From Rickettsiaceae bacterium (GTDB taxonomy: Bacteria; Pseudomonadota; Alphaproteobacteria; Rickettsiales; UBA6187), in NCBI GenBank assembly GCA_021323415.1, contig JAJONM010000008.1, positions 1 to 51,303 on the forward strand: 51,303 bases of DNA, read 5' to 3'. The number at the start of each line of letters is the position of its first letter. Within the stretch, counting starts at the first letter, position 1. Below, piece by piece: positions 1 through 9,093 of this stretch. The notes below the pieces were generated by a model. The model made no database searches. It saw only the letters and a list, made by a program, of their open reading frames with translations, and was not told the origin of the DNA. Position numbers and translations under genes: made by a program.

Positions 1-405
1 GTACAGGCATCGGCGTAGGTGTCGGCGTCGGCGTCGGAGATGGCACCACACTTGGGCTTACCGGAGATGGAACAGGTGATGGCGCCAATGATGGAGATTG
101 AACCACACTCGGACTCACAGCAGAAGGTGAAGGCACAGGCAATGGTGTAGGTGTCGGCGTCGGAGATGGCACTACACTTGGGCTTACCGGAGATGGAACA
201 GGTGATGGCACCAATGATGGAGATTGAGCCACACTCGAACTAGCAACCGAAGGTGAAGATACAGGCAATGGCGTCGGCGATGGCACTACACTTGTACTAA
301 CTGTAGATGGAGCAGATTTAGGTGACGGGACAGGCAGCGGTGTTGGGGACGGAGATGGCGCCGCTAATGATGGAGATGGCGCAATACTTGGACTTGGCAA
401 AGCAG
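1..405 (-). repeat. in-frame tandem coding repeats (126-nt and 114-nt units) encoding a Pro/Ser/Thr/Val-rich peptide
   Basis: The unit beginning TGGCACCACACTTGGGCTTACCGGAGATGG at 41 recurs at 167 (126 nt later) and, more diverged, at 281 (114 nt later). Nt 1-40 match the tail of a unit, so the array continues off-window. It is visibly more G+C-rich than flanking DNA. Confidence 0.85.
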
Positions 406-1600
406 TAAATTCCGACATATCAATTATTCGCCCATACGTAGATGACCATTTAACTCCGTTTGGTCCATATGTGCTACTCCAAACCGCTAATACTCTTCCG
501 TCACTTCCAAAAGCCACCATTCCATCAGCTTGGCTTTTATAAGTATTTATATTTAACAGGACATCTGATCCTAAAGGCGTAATTTCACCATTTGTCAATG
601 CAGACGAAAATAACCTGCTATATGAACCATACATAGACCCATCACGACCATCTTGGTTCATCCAGCTCACAATAAACTTCCCGCCAGGAATGGCTAATAC
701 ATCACTTGATGCAATGCCATCAGAACTATTAATAGTAGGACTAATTTTAGTGCTTACCGCATTATTATTACTATCAAAAAGCTGTACGCCTACAATACCA
801 TGAACAGTACCATCTGGATTTGAGATGGGATCATCTGTAAGCCTCACTGTTAATCCATTATCAAGTGTAGCAAAAGTTCTATCACGCCAAAATGGAGCTT
901 GCAGTCCACCAACTTCATCACCACTTTGAGTAAGCTCTTGAGAAGCGTGTATCCATGAAGCTGCAAAATTACCATTGGGCAAAAGTTTAAAACCACTAAA
1001 CCCAAGGTAATCACTCTCCTTTGAGTTCACATAATCATATGATCCATCAAACTGCAATTCTCTAACGGTATTACCATCTAAATCAAGAAATTGTAACCAT
1101 GTTTGATCCCATTTAACACCAACATAACCATACCTGGCAACAACATAACCATTATCTAAAGTCAAAACACCCACAATAGCCTGATCTCCATCCGTGGAAT
1201 TATTAAGTATTAGCTCTCCAGCAGTAAAAGGTGGTATCCCAGTAACAAAAAAAGGCTGTGAAGCTGATAAGCCAGATGGGTCAGTGGCTACCGCAACTGC
1301 GCTATAATCCCCAACGTCAGGAATTTGACCCGTAATCAGACCAGTTACCGCATCTGCATTCATCCACGAGTGCGGGGAGCCAGAAGTATCTTGCACACTC
1401 CAGCTAAGTTGATCGCCATCAGGATCAGTTATGCATGAAGTTGCATTTATGTTAACATCATTTCCCACAAATGCCTGATTAACTACACTATAATCACAAT
1501 CCATAGTGTTTGTAAGAACAGGAGCTGCTTGATTAAGCTGCACTTTCTCTAAACTACGTTCCTGATGATGCTTAGTTTGCCTACTTACAATATTACTCAT
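1..1600 (-). CDS. large repeat-containing surface/secreted protein, N-terminal 533 codons (gene continues beyond the left edge)
   Basis: My translation of the minus strand from ATG 1600..1598 stays open to nt 2. It is absent from the ORF track because no stop lies in the window. 'DPDGDQLSWSV...TGLITGQIPDVGDYSAVAVATD' fits bacterial Ig/cadherin-like (He_PIG/CADG-type) domains. The distal part is Pro/Ser/Thr/Val-rich repeats. Confidence 0.8.
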   Translation of the reverse strand, partial: MSNIVSRQTKHHQERSLEKVQLNQAAPVLTNTMDCDYSVVNQAFVGNDVNINATSCITDPDGDQLSWSVQDTSGSPHSWMNADAVTGLITGQIPDVGDYSAVAVATDPSGLSASQPFFVTGIPPFTAGELILNNSTDGDQAIVGVLTLDNGYVVARYGYVGVKWDQTWLQFLDLDGNTVRELQFDGSYDYVNSKESDYLGFSGFKLLPNGNFAASWIHASQELTQSGDEVGGLQAPFWRDRTFATLDNGLTVRLTDDPISNPDGTVHGIVGVQLFDSNNNAVSTKISPTINSSDGIASSDVLAIPGGKFIVSWMNQDGRDGSMYGSYSRLFSSALTNGEITPLGSDVLLNINTYKSQADGMVAFGSDGRVLAVWSSTYGPNGVKWSSTYGRIIDMSEFTALPSPSIAPSPSLAAPSPSPTPLPVPSPKSAPSTVSTSVVPSPTPLPVSSPSVASSSVAQSPSLVPSPVPSPVSPSVVPSPTPTPTPLPVPSPSAVSPSVVQSPSLAPSPVPSPVSPSVVPSPTPTPTPTPMPV

Positions 1601-1694
1601 TTTGCTTTTTCTCGTATTATTTATTTAAAATAAACATAACCTAAAACACCTCCTAACACTTTGCAACTTACAAAAAACTTATCGGTATAATATA

Positions 1695-1723
1695 TTGACA
1701 TTCCCACCCATTATTTATATGAA
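1695..1723 (+). promoter_or_regulatory. candidate sigma70-type promoter for eno (TTGACA-17 nt-TATGAA)
   Basis: TTGACA at 1695-1700, a 17-nt spacer, then TATGAA at 1718-1723, about 40 nt upstream of the eno ATG. A TATAAT at 1686-1691 is an alternative. Such matches arise by chance in A+T-rich DNA. Confidence 0.3.
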
Positions 1724-1738
1724 GTCACCACTGTTTAA

Positions 1739-3037
<1,299 letters not shown>

Positions 3038-3044
3038 ATAATTA

Positions 3045-3091
3045 GACCCCGCAATAAATGCGGGGCGACAATTCCCATTTATTGCGGGGTC
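3045..3091 (+). terminator. stem-loop downstream of eno (possible terminator, no clear U-tract)
   Basis: Perfect 16-nt inverted repeat GACCCCGCAATAAATG (3045-3060) / CATTTATTGCGGGGTC (3076-3091). A nested alternative hairpin is CCCCGCA-ATAAA-TGCGGGG (3047-3065). It lies 8 nt after the eno stop. Confidence 0.5.
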
Positions 3092-3121
3092 ATATTAATG
3101 AAAAACTAATAGAAATTTGCA

Positions 3122-3150
3122 TTGATAATATTTGCGATTTCTTATATATT
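3122..3150 (+). promoter_or_regulatory. candidate sigma70-type promoter for ftsB (TTGATA-17 nt-TATATT)
   Basis: TTGATA at 3122-3127, a 17-nt spacer, then TATATT at 3145-3150, 33 nt upstream of ATG 3183. Weak evidence in A+T-rich DNA. Confidence 0.3.
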
Positions 3151-3182
3151 AAAAAGCATAAATAACATCATAGCGGCAAGGT

Positions 3183-3509
3183 ATGCGCGTCTTTAACGAA
3201 GAATCTGATTATATATCAATGGCTACAACATTTATGTTTGTGTTGTTGATATCTTATTTTGCCTATCACGTTATCAGTGGTGAACGCGGCCTGATGGCTC
3301 TTATGCGCCTCTCCAAACAAGTTGAAGAATCACGCAACAACCTTGATCAGGTAGTTGCTGATAAGCTACGCCTGGAACACCGCGTTAGTTTGCTACGCGA
3401 CAACTCCCTCGACCTTGATTTGCTAGATGAGCAAGCTAAAAGGCTGCTTGGTTATGTAGACAAAGATGAAGTAGTTTACATGCCACCTGAGAAGAAAAAG
3501 AAAAAATAA
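3183..3509 (+). CDS. ftsB: cell division protein FtsB / septum formation initiator family
   Basis: 108 aa with a short N-terminus, one TM helix (FMFVLLISYFAYHVI) and a coiled coil ('GERGLMALMRLSKQVEE...LRLEHRVSLL'). It has the conserved position immediately after eno. The start could instead be the internal Met at 3219. Confidence 0.75.
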   Translation: MRVFNEESDYISMATTFMFVLLISYFAYHVISGERGLMALMRLSKQVEESRNNLDQVVADKLRLEHRVSLLRDNSLDLDLLDEQAKRLLGYVDKDEVVYMPPEKKKKK

Positions 3510-3857
3510 TTAGAGTATCTTAAGAACATTTTCCGGTGGTCTACCAACAGCAGCCTTCTTTCCTACACAGACAATCGGACGCTCAATAAGAATTGGGTTT
3601 TTCACCAGTATTTCAATGATTTGATTATCTGTTAAAGTTTTATCATCAAGGCCGCATTGTTTATAGGCATCTTCTTTAGTGCGGATTATCTCGCGCGGCT
3701 TCACACCTAAGGCTTTTACAATTTCCTTTAAAGTTTGCACTGAAGGCGGCTTGTTAAGATATTCAACTATGGTTGGCTCTATCCCGTTCTCTTTTAGTAA
3801 AGCTAATGTCTCACGTGATTTGGTGCACCTTGGATTGTGGTAGATTGTTACGTTCAT
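3510..3857 (-). CDS. arsC: arsenate reductase (glutaredoxin-coupled ArsC family)
   Basis: From Met 'MNVTIYHNPRCTKSRETL...ILIERPIV...GRPPENVLKIL' it is collinear with E. coli-type ArsC, including the catalytic Cys in YHNPxC. The longer track ORF (to 4004) overlaps queF, so ATG 3857 is preferred. Confidence 0.85.
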   Translation of the reverse strand: MNVTIYHNPRCTKSRETLALLKENGIEPTIVEYLNKPPSVQTLKEIVKALGVKPREIIRTKEDAYKQCGLDDKTLTDNQIIEILVKNPILIERPIVCVGKKAAVGRPPENVLKIL

Positions 3858-3858
3858 T

Positions 3859-4320
3859 TTAGCGCCCCCGATATGGAGGAACGCCTTGCTTTGGCACCCA
3901 GACCCCCTGTGGGACAGGGCCAGTTTGGTAGAAAACATCAATAGGAATTCCACCGCGCGGATACCAATATCCGCCGATACGTAGCCACACAGGTTTAATT
4001 TCATCTACAATACGTAGGGCAACGCTAGTTGTGCAATCCTCATGGAATGCTCCATGGTTACGGAACGACGCCAAATAGAGCTTTAATGACTTACTTTCTA
4101 TCAGCCACTCCCCCGGAATGTAGTCGATTACCAGATGAGCAAAATCAGGCTGGCCAGTAATCGGACACATAGAAGTAAATTCAGGGCAGGCAAAGCGCAC
4201 CAGATAGTTAATACCCGCTTTGGGGTTTTTTACTTTTTCAATTATTGCCTCTTCAGGCGATACTGGAATCGCTGCCTTTGAGCCTAATTGGGAAAGAGAT
4301 GAGTATATGGTTTCTGTCAT
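3859..4320 (-). CDS. queF: NADPH-dependent 7-cyano-7-deazaguanine (preQ0) reductase, unimodular type
   Basis: 153 aa with '[17 protein letters not shown]' (catalytic Cys) and the QueF motif '[20 protein letters not shown]'. Confidence 0.93.
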   Translation of the reverse strand: MTETIYSSLSQLGSKAAIPVSPEEAIIEKVKNPKAGINYLVRFACPEFTSMCPITGQPDFAHLVIDYIPGEWLIESKSLKLYLASFRNHGAFHEDCTTSVALRIVDEIKPVWLRIGGYWYPRGGIPIDVFYQTGPVPQGVWVPKQGVPPYRGR

Positions 4321-4322
4321 TA

Positions 4323-4895
4323 TTAAAATTTCATATAATCTTTTTGCAATAACGATAACATAACTGCATCGTGGAATTTGCCGTGCAGAAGTTTTTGTTC
4401 GCGAAGCACACCTTCCTTCTCAAACCCTAGCTTTTTAAGCACACGCAAAGACCCCTGATTTGTAGGAGTAACTGTTGCTTCGACTCGGTGCAGTTCCATA
4501 CGGGTAAAAGCAAAGCCTAAAACAGCCTTTACCGTCTCAGTCATTATGCCCTTACTCCAGTATTTTTTATGCAGGTCATAGCTGATTTCTGCGCGCGAAT
4601 GGTCACGGTTCCAATAGTTAAATCCACATGATCCGATTAGCTTGTTGTTATCTTTACGGGCGAGAGTCCAATAAATACTGCGGCGATAGCGGAATAGATC
4701 GAGGCTATAGTCTATTTCTTCCTTCACGCGCTCTAATGTACGGGGAATGCACTCTTCAGGCACATATCTGATAACATCCTCATCCGTCATATACTCAAGG
4801 TATTCCGGCGCATCTGCATGGCTGGCCTGACGAAGTATATATTCATCATTAACATTTATTATCGGAAACGAGTCAAAAAGTCTCTCTACGCTCAT
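4323..4895 (-). CDS. GNAT family N-acetyltransferase (RimJ/RimL-like)
   Basis: '[22 protein letters not shown]...YWSKGIMTE...[32 protein letters not shown]' is the typical RimJ/RimL-type GNAT core. ATG 4895 (MSVERLF) has an AAGG about 9 nt upstream and avoids overlap with the upstream gene. Confidence 0.85.
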   Translation of the reverse strand: MSVERLFDSFPIINVNDEYILRQASHADAPEYLEYMTDEDVIRYVPEECIPRTLERVKEEIDYSLDLFRYRRSIYWTLARKDNNKLIGSCGFNYWNRDHSRAEISYDLHKKYWSKGIMTETVKAVLGFAFTRMELHRVEATVTPTNQGSLRVLKKLGFEKEGVLREQKLLHGKFHDAVMLSLLQKDYMKF

Positions 4896-4968
4896 TATTG
4901 TTGCCTTATTGTTAGAATTTACGCATTTTTTAACATAAATTGGACAAAAAGGCAAGAAAGATCTGACC

Positions 4969-6348
4969 TTATTTATGCCTATCTTCACTCATACAGCACA
5001 GCTTTTTAAAAGCAATTCTATCCTGGTGGCTAGTTGACTGTTTTTCTTCGCCCGCTTTTTTGGCAGTATTGCAGCAGAAACGGTATGTTGCATAACAAGA
5101 TAACGCCAATGCACCACCCGTGACTAAAGCAGAGATTGCTAACAAATACGGATTCACTTCCCATCTATCATGGCTTTGGGTTAGTGGGCGTTGTTGCTGA
5201 TTATTTCCGATAGAAGCAGCCCCACCTGTTGCTAAAGAACCTGCGGTCCCTGCTATATAACTTAACAGATTCCATCCACTTGATGGTTGCCTTTCCTGAT
5301 TATATTTTGGAGCAACAAAATCATGGCAAGGCGCCAGCAAAGAGTCCTTTGGCCAATAACCGCCTGCCTGTATCATATTCGTAGATTTATCACCACCATT
5401 ATGGCAAGGCGCTTTGCCATCTAGTGTTTGCACCCAAAAATCTGTTCTGTTTGTATCAGGAAATTTTCCTTCATATAAAGCTTTTATAGCCCTCCTGTCT
5501 AAATCTGTAAAATTTGTTGCCAATAAACCTCCTTCATCAGCCCATGACTTTTTTGCTAGTTCGTATAATTTATTTTCCTCTTCAGTTAGAATCAATGTCT
5601 TATTATCTGCCTTTGCTTCTTCCGTCTTTTTCCGTAATCTATCGACTCTAATATTCAATTGCGGATCCGCCTCATATGTTGCAAGCGAACTCATCACGGT
5701 TAGCATTCTATTGGCTCTTGAATCGAAAGGTGGATTTTCAACACTTCCTCCAGTAGGTTGAGGGTGCTTCAATCCAATAGCGTGACCTAATTCATGTGCC
5801 ACAACAAATTCAAATTTTTTAGCAGTTACGTTATATTTCGTAACTCCTGTATAAAAACCTTTATCGATAACTAACCATTTAAAGTTCGCTTTTTCGTCCC
5901 AATTCGACAAATGTGTAGTTACCCCCATAAAACCACGCTTAACAAGGTCTCCATTAGTGACAAATAATATATTTTCTATATTTGATGGAATGTTAATATT
6001 ACCTATGGTTACCTTAAGGTGATGAATTTCTATACCAGTGCCTTTCAGGCAAAAATCCAAATGAGTAAAAAGCTGTTCTTGCTGTTTAAGTGTTAGAGCG
6101 GTTGAATTGTAGCGATCATCAGGAATCTCGAAACTTACGTATATTGCAATCGGGTCGCTGTAATTAACAGATTTTTTTAATTTAAATGGAATGTCTTCCT
6201 CAATTATTAATGAATTTACATCTATTGGAGGCAATTCATCGTCTTTATTATAAATCCTCATTTCTTGCGGTTTTGGCTTAGTAGTGTTTTGCTCCAATGC
6301 CTTCATGTAGATTGGCAATCTGTATGTATTCTTCTCCTGCGCTTTCAT
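4969..6348 (-). CDS. metzincin-type zinc metalloprotease-like protein (M10 matrixin/serralysin-like) with a C-terminal transmembrane anchor
   Basis: 459 aa with 'VVAHELGHAIGLKHP' (HExxHxxGxxH), a downstream Met-turn candidate 'LTVMSS' and 'DLDRRAIKALYEG' (cf. D..AIQ.LYG of M10 proteases). AGGAG lies 6 nt before the ATG. A hydrophobic helix 'YLLAISALVTGGALALSCYATY' sits near the C-terminus. There is no N-terminal signal peptide. Confidence 0.75.
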   Translation of the reverse strand: MKAQEKNTYRLPIYMKALEQNTTKPKPQEMRIYNKDDELPPIDVNSLIIEEDIPFKLKKSVNYSDPIAIYVSFEIPDDRYNSTALTLKQQEQLFTHLDFCLKGTGIEIHHLKVTIGNINIPSNIENILFVTNGDLVKRGFMGVTTHLSNWDEKANFKWLVIDKGFYTGVTKYNVTAKKFEFVVAHELGHAIGLKHPQPTGGSVENPPFDSRANRMLTVMSSLATYEADPQLNIRVDRLRKKTEEAKADNKTLILTEEENKLYELAKKSWADEGGLLATNFTDLDRRAIKALYEGKFPDTNRTDFWVQTLDGKAPCHNGGDKSTNMIQAGGYWPKDSLLAPCHDFVAPKYNQERQPSSGWNLLSYIAGTAGSLATGGAASIGNNQQQRPLTQSHDRWEVNPYLLAISALVTGGALALSCYATYRFCCNTAKKAGEEKQSTSHQDRIAFKKLCCMSEDRHK

Positions 6349-6430
6349 GATATCTCCTGTTAGCCGTTACAACTTTCAGAAGTTTAAAGAATAATGAATA
6401 AAACTGCGCCTTGAAGCTTTTGCGAAAAAA

Positions 6431-7111
6431 TTAACTATTTGCAAGTGCAGGATCGCACATACCATTCTGTGCAAATCCCTTATTGCGGAGCTGGCAGGAG
6501 TCGCATTTGCCGCATGGCTTGCCTTTTGGAGAAGGGTCATAACAGCTTAGGGTCAGGGAGTAATCCACCCCAAGTGATAGGCCTTTTTGGATAATTTCGG
6601 CCTTGGTAAGTGTAATTAATGGAGCATGAATAGTAAATTTTCCCTTGCCTTCAACAGTGGCCGCACAGGCTAAATTTGCCATATTTTCAAAGGCTTGCAG
6701 ATATTCAGGACGGCAATCAGGATAGCCGCTGTAATCAACAGCATTTGCACCTATGAATATATCAAATGCTCCAATTACTTCAGCGTATGCCAGTGCATAA
6801 GATAAGAAAATAGTGTTACGCGCCGGAACGTAAGTTATTGGAATTCCAGTAGATTCCAAATCACGGTCTTTTGGGACTTCTATATTATCGGTGAGCGCCG
6901 AACCGCCGAACAGGCGCAAATCAAGTTCAGCAATTTTATGTTCTTTTACCTTTAAGGCATCTGCAACTTTTTTAGCCGCTTCCAGCTCTATACTATGGCG
7001 CTGACCATATTTGAAAGATAAGGCATAAACTTCATAACCTCCTGATTTTGCTAGCGCAAGTGTAGTTGTAGAATCAAGGCCGCCGCTGAGGAGTAATACT
7101 GCTTTTTTCAT
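6431..7111 (-). CDS. queC: 7-cyano-7-deazaguanine synthase
   Basis: 226 aa with the PP-loop '[11 protein letters not shown]' and the C-terminal Zn-binding 'C..PCGKCDSC' typical of QueC. It overlaps queE by 4 nt. Confidence 0.95.
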   Translation of the reverse strand: MKKAVLLLSGGLDSTTTLALAKSGGYEVYALSFKYGQRHSIELEAAKKVADALKVKEHKIAELDLRLFGGSALTDNIEVPKDRDLESTGIPITYVPARNTIFLSYALAYAEVIGAFDIFIGANAVDYSGYPDCRPEYLQAFENMANLACAATVEGKGKFTIHAPLITLTKAEIIQKGLSLGVDYSLTLSCYDPSPKGKPCGKCDSCQLRNKGFAQNGMCDPALANS

Positions 7112-7773
7112 TCAACACCTAAAATCTTATGGGTTTGCAGAGATATCCTGTAACCATTTTCTGTTGCGAGTTTTATAACAAGATCCGTATTTTTACGGTT
7201 TTTCTCTTCATCCCGCTCATCCATCGGCTGGACATAAACAGGCGTGTTATACTGTTTCTGCCCCACATTGCCAACATTTTTATACAAATCGTTATGAGCC
7301 GATATAATAAATTTGAAAGCATTTACTCTTTTTAGCAAATCTTCGCGTATCATGTGATAGCCAGTTCCAGTATTTTTCGGCGAGCAGATAATGTCGACCT
7401 CCTCATTTAAACTTCTAAATAAAGTTCCATTTGTTTCTATCTGAATTTTATAGTTATTTTTAATTAATTCATCACATAACAACTCTATCGGCTGACGAAA
7501 TGGCTCACCACCTGTAATCACAATCAATTTTTCTTTAGATTTGAAAGATAACTCATTGATTTTACTTATTATTTTATCCACAGACATAGCTTCAAATGAT
7601 TCAAATTCTGTATCGCAAAAGCTGCAGGCAAGGTTACAACCACCTAAGCGGATAAATACCGCCGGCCAGCCTGTATATGGCCCCTCCCCCTGAAAAGTGG
7701 CAAATATATTTTGCACCTGCAAAATACTGCCATCGCCTTTTTCTGGCGGCCTGATTGGATTATTACCGAACAT
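7108..7773 (-). CDS. queE: 7-carboxy-7-deazaguanine synthase (radical SAM)
   Basis: '[34 protein letters not shown]' is the QueE radical-SAM cluster motif. The track start 7803 is a TTG. ATG 7773, with AAGG upstream, is preferred. Confidence 0.92.
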   Translation of the reverse strand: MFGNNPIRPPEKGDGSILQVQNIFATFQGEGPYTGWPAVFIRLGGCNLACSFCDTEFESFEAMSVDKIISKINELSFKSKEKLIVITGGEPFRQPIELLCDELIKNNYKIQIETNGTLFRSLNEEVDIICSPKNTGTGYHMIREDLLKRVNAFKFIISAHNDLYKNVGNVGQKQYNTPVYVQPMDERDEEKNRKNTDLVIKLATENGYRISLQTHKILGVE

Positions 7774-7861
7774 TTTACCTTTTTTGGAAAAATAATGAAA
7801 CAAAGGGTAAAATAATGAAAAACCTTAAAAATTCAAGGGAATAGTAAGGCTTACCTAAACT

Positions 7862-8821
7862 TTAAACCACTCCTGCCCGCAATATATCATGTATATGCAA
7901 GATACCAACTGGCTTCTTGTTGCCCACTACGAACAAATTAGTAATTGAGCGGCTTTCCATAATATTTAGCGCTTTTGTCGCCAAATCATTTTCTTCTATT
8001 ACTGTAGGCTTCACTGTCATTACGTCATCAACTTTTTTACTGATAAGGTCGTGCGCCATATGGCGGCGTAGATCTCCATCTGTAATAATACCAAGCAAAT
8101 CACCAGATTTATTGATAATACCAACGCAGCCAAACCGCTTTTCGGTCATAACTAAGAGCGCGTCTGACATTAATAAACCACTATGCACTAAAGGCACTTC
8201 CTCGTCTTTATGCATTAAGTCCTTCACTTTAATAAAGGCAGAACCTAACTTACCACCTGGGTGGAATACGTTAAAGTCCTCACTACTAAAGCCCCTACGT
8301 TCAAGCAAGGCAACAGCCAAGGCATCGCCGAGTGCCAGCATCATTGTTGTAGATGTTGTCGGAGCATTAACATTACACGCTTCCGGCACTTGAGGCAAAA
8401 TAAGTGCTACATTAGAAGCACTTACCAAAACAGAAGTGCTACGACGAACAATACCAATAAGTGGAATTTTAAAACGCTCACAATATCCAATAATATCTTT
8501 TAACTCTGCCGTTTCACCTGAATTTGAAAGCAGGATAACCACATCATCTTTAGTAATCATTCCTAAGTCACCGTGACTGGCCTCCCCAGGGTGCACAAAC
8601 ATAGCGGGAGTGCCGGTTGACGCCATGGTAGCCGCAATTTTTCTTGCCACATGGCCACTCTTTCCCATGCCACTTAAAATAACACGCCCTTTTGCAGCTG
8701 AAATAGTATCAATAGCATCAACAAATTTATCATCAAGCCAATCATCAAGTGCTTTTAGCCCCGCTATCTCTGTTTCCAATACACGTTTAGCGGAATGTAT
8801 ATCGTTATATTTTTTAGTCAT
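7862..8821 (-). CDS. kdsD: arabinose-5-phosphate isomerase (KpsF/GutQ family; SIS + tandem CBS domains)
   Basis: 319 aa with the SIS block 'GRVILSGMGKSGHVARKIAATMASTGTPA', 'SNSGET' and a C-terminal CBS pair. Confidence 0.92.
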   Translation of the reverse strand: MTKKYNDIHSAKRVLETEIAGLKALDDWLDDKFVDAIDTISAAKGRVILSGMGKSGHVARKIAATMASTGTPAMFVHPGEASHGDLGMITKDDVVILLSNSGETAELKDIIGYCERFKIPLIGIVRRSTSVLVSASNVALILPQVPEACNVNAPTTSTTMMLALGDALAVALLERRGFSSEDFNVFHPGGKLGSAFIKVKDLMHKDEEVPLVHSGLLMSDALLVMTEKRFGCVGIINKSGDLLGIITDGDLRRHMAHDLISKKVDDVMTVKPTVIEENDLATKALNIMESRSITNLFVVGNKKPVGILHIHDILRAGVV

Positions 8822-8837
8822 TGTGTTGCCTTAATAA

Positions 8838-9014
8838 TTATAATTTACGAGCTTCAGATTCCAGCATTAGTGGAATACCATTCCTGATAGGATATGCAAG
8901 CCCGGCCTCTTTACTAATAAGCTCATTGTTTTCCTTGTCATATGATAATTCGCCTTTAGTTAAAGGGCAAATTAGTAATTCCAGCAGTTTTGGGTCAAGT
9001 TGTTCGTTCTGCAT
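8838..9014 (-). CDS. Trm112/YcaR-family small protein (UPF0434)
   Basis: A 58-aa ORF below the track cutoff, from my own translation: [58 protein letters not shown]. 'LL..L.CP..KG.L...........GLAYPI..GIP.ML..EAR' is the family signature. Confidence 0.8.
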   Translation of the reverse strand: MQNEQLDPKLLELLICPLTKGELSYDKENNELISKEAGLAYPIRNGIPLMLESEARKL

Positions 9015-9093
9015 TTTTATTCCTGTAATTACTTGAAGCTACTTAGATAAAATGTATAGTCTTTCCAGCAAAATAACAAAATAAAAATTTATT

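Noticed and set aside
1-405. Tandem repeats considered as a possible CRISPR array or satellite
   Set aside because: The units are contiguous with no unique spacers. Their lengths are multiples of 3 and they maintain one long open frame continuous with the upstream coding sequence. They are coding repeats.
3486-3509. A-rich run (GAGAAGAAAAAGAAAAAATAA) at the end of ftsB, considered as a slippery/frameshift site
   Set aside because: It simply encodes a terminal EKKKKK followed by a stop. No downstream ORF could be accessed by a shift, because the next gene is convergent.
3858-4004. N-terminal 49-codon extension of the ArsC ORF (track ORF 3510..4004)
   Set aside because: The extension lies entirely inside queF in another frame. 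The ArsC family N-terminus (M..TIYHNP.C) begins at ATG 3857.
4896-4988. N-terminal extension of the GNAT ORF overlapping the metzincin gene end
   Set aside because: The extension has no GNAT-family counterpart and overlaps the upstream gene. The internal ATG 4895 has a better ribosome-binding context.
8821-9036. Plus-strand 71-aa ORF in the kdsD-GT2 gap
   Set aside because: The opposite strand encodes a recognisable Trm112/YcaR-family protein (8838..9014). The plus-strand ORF is its antisense shadow.
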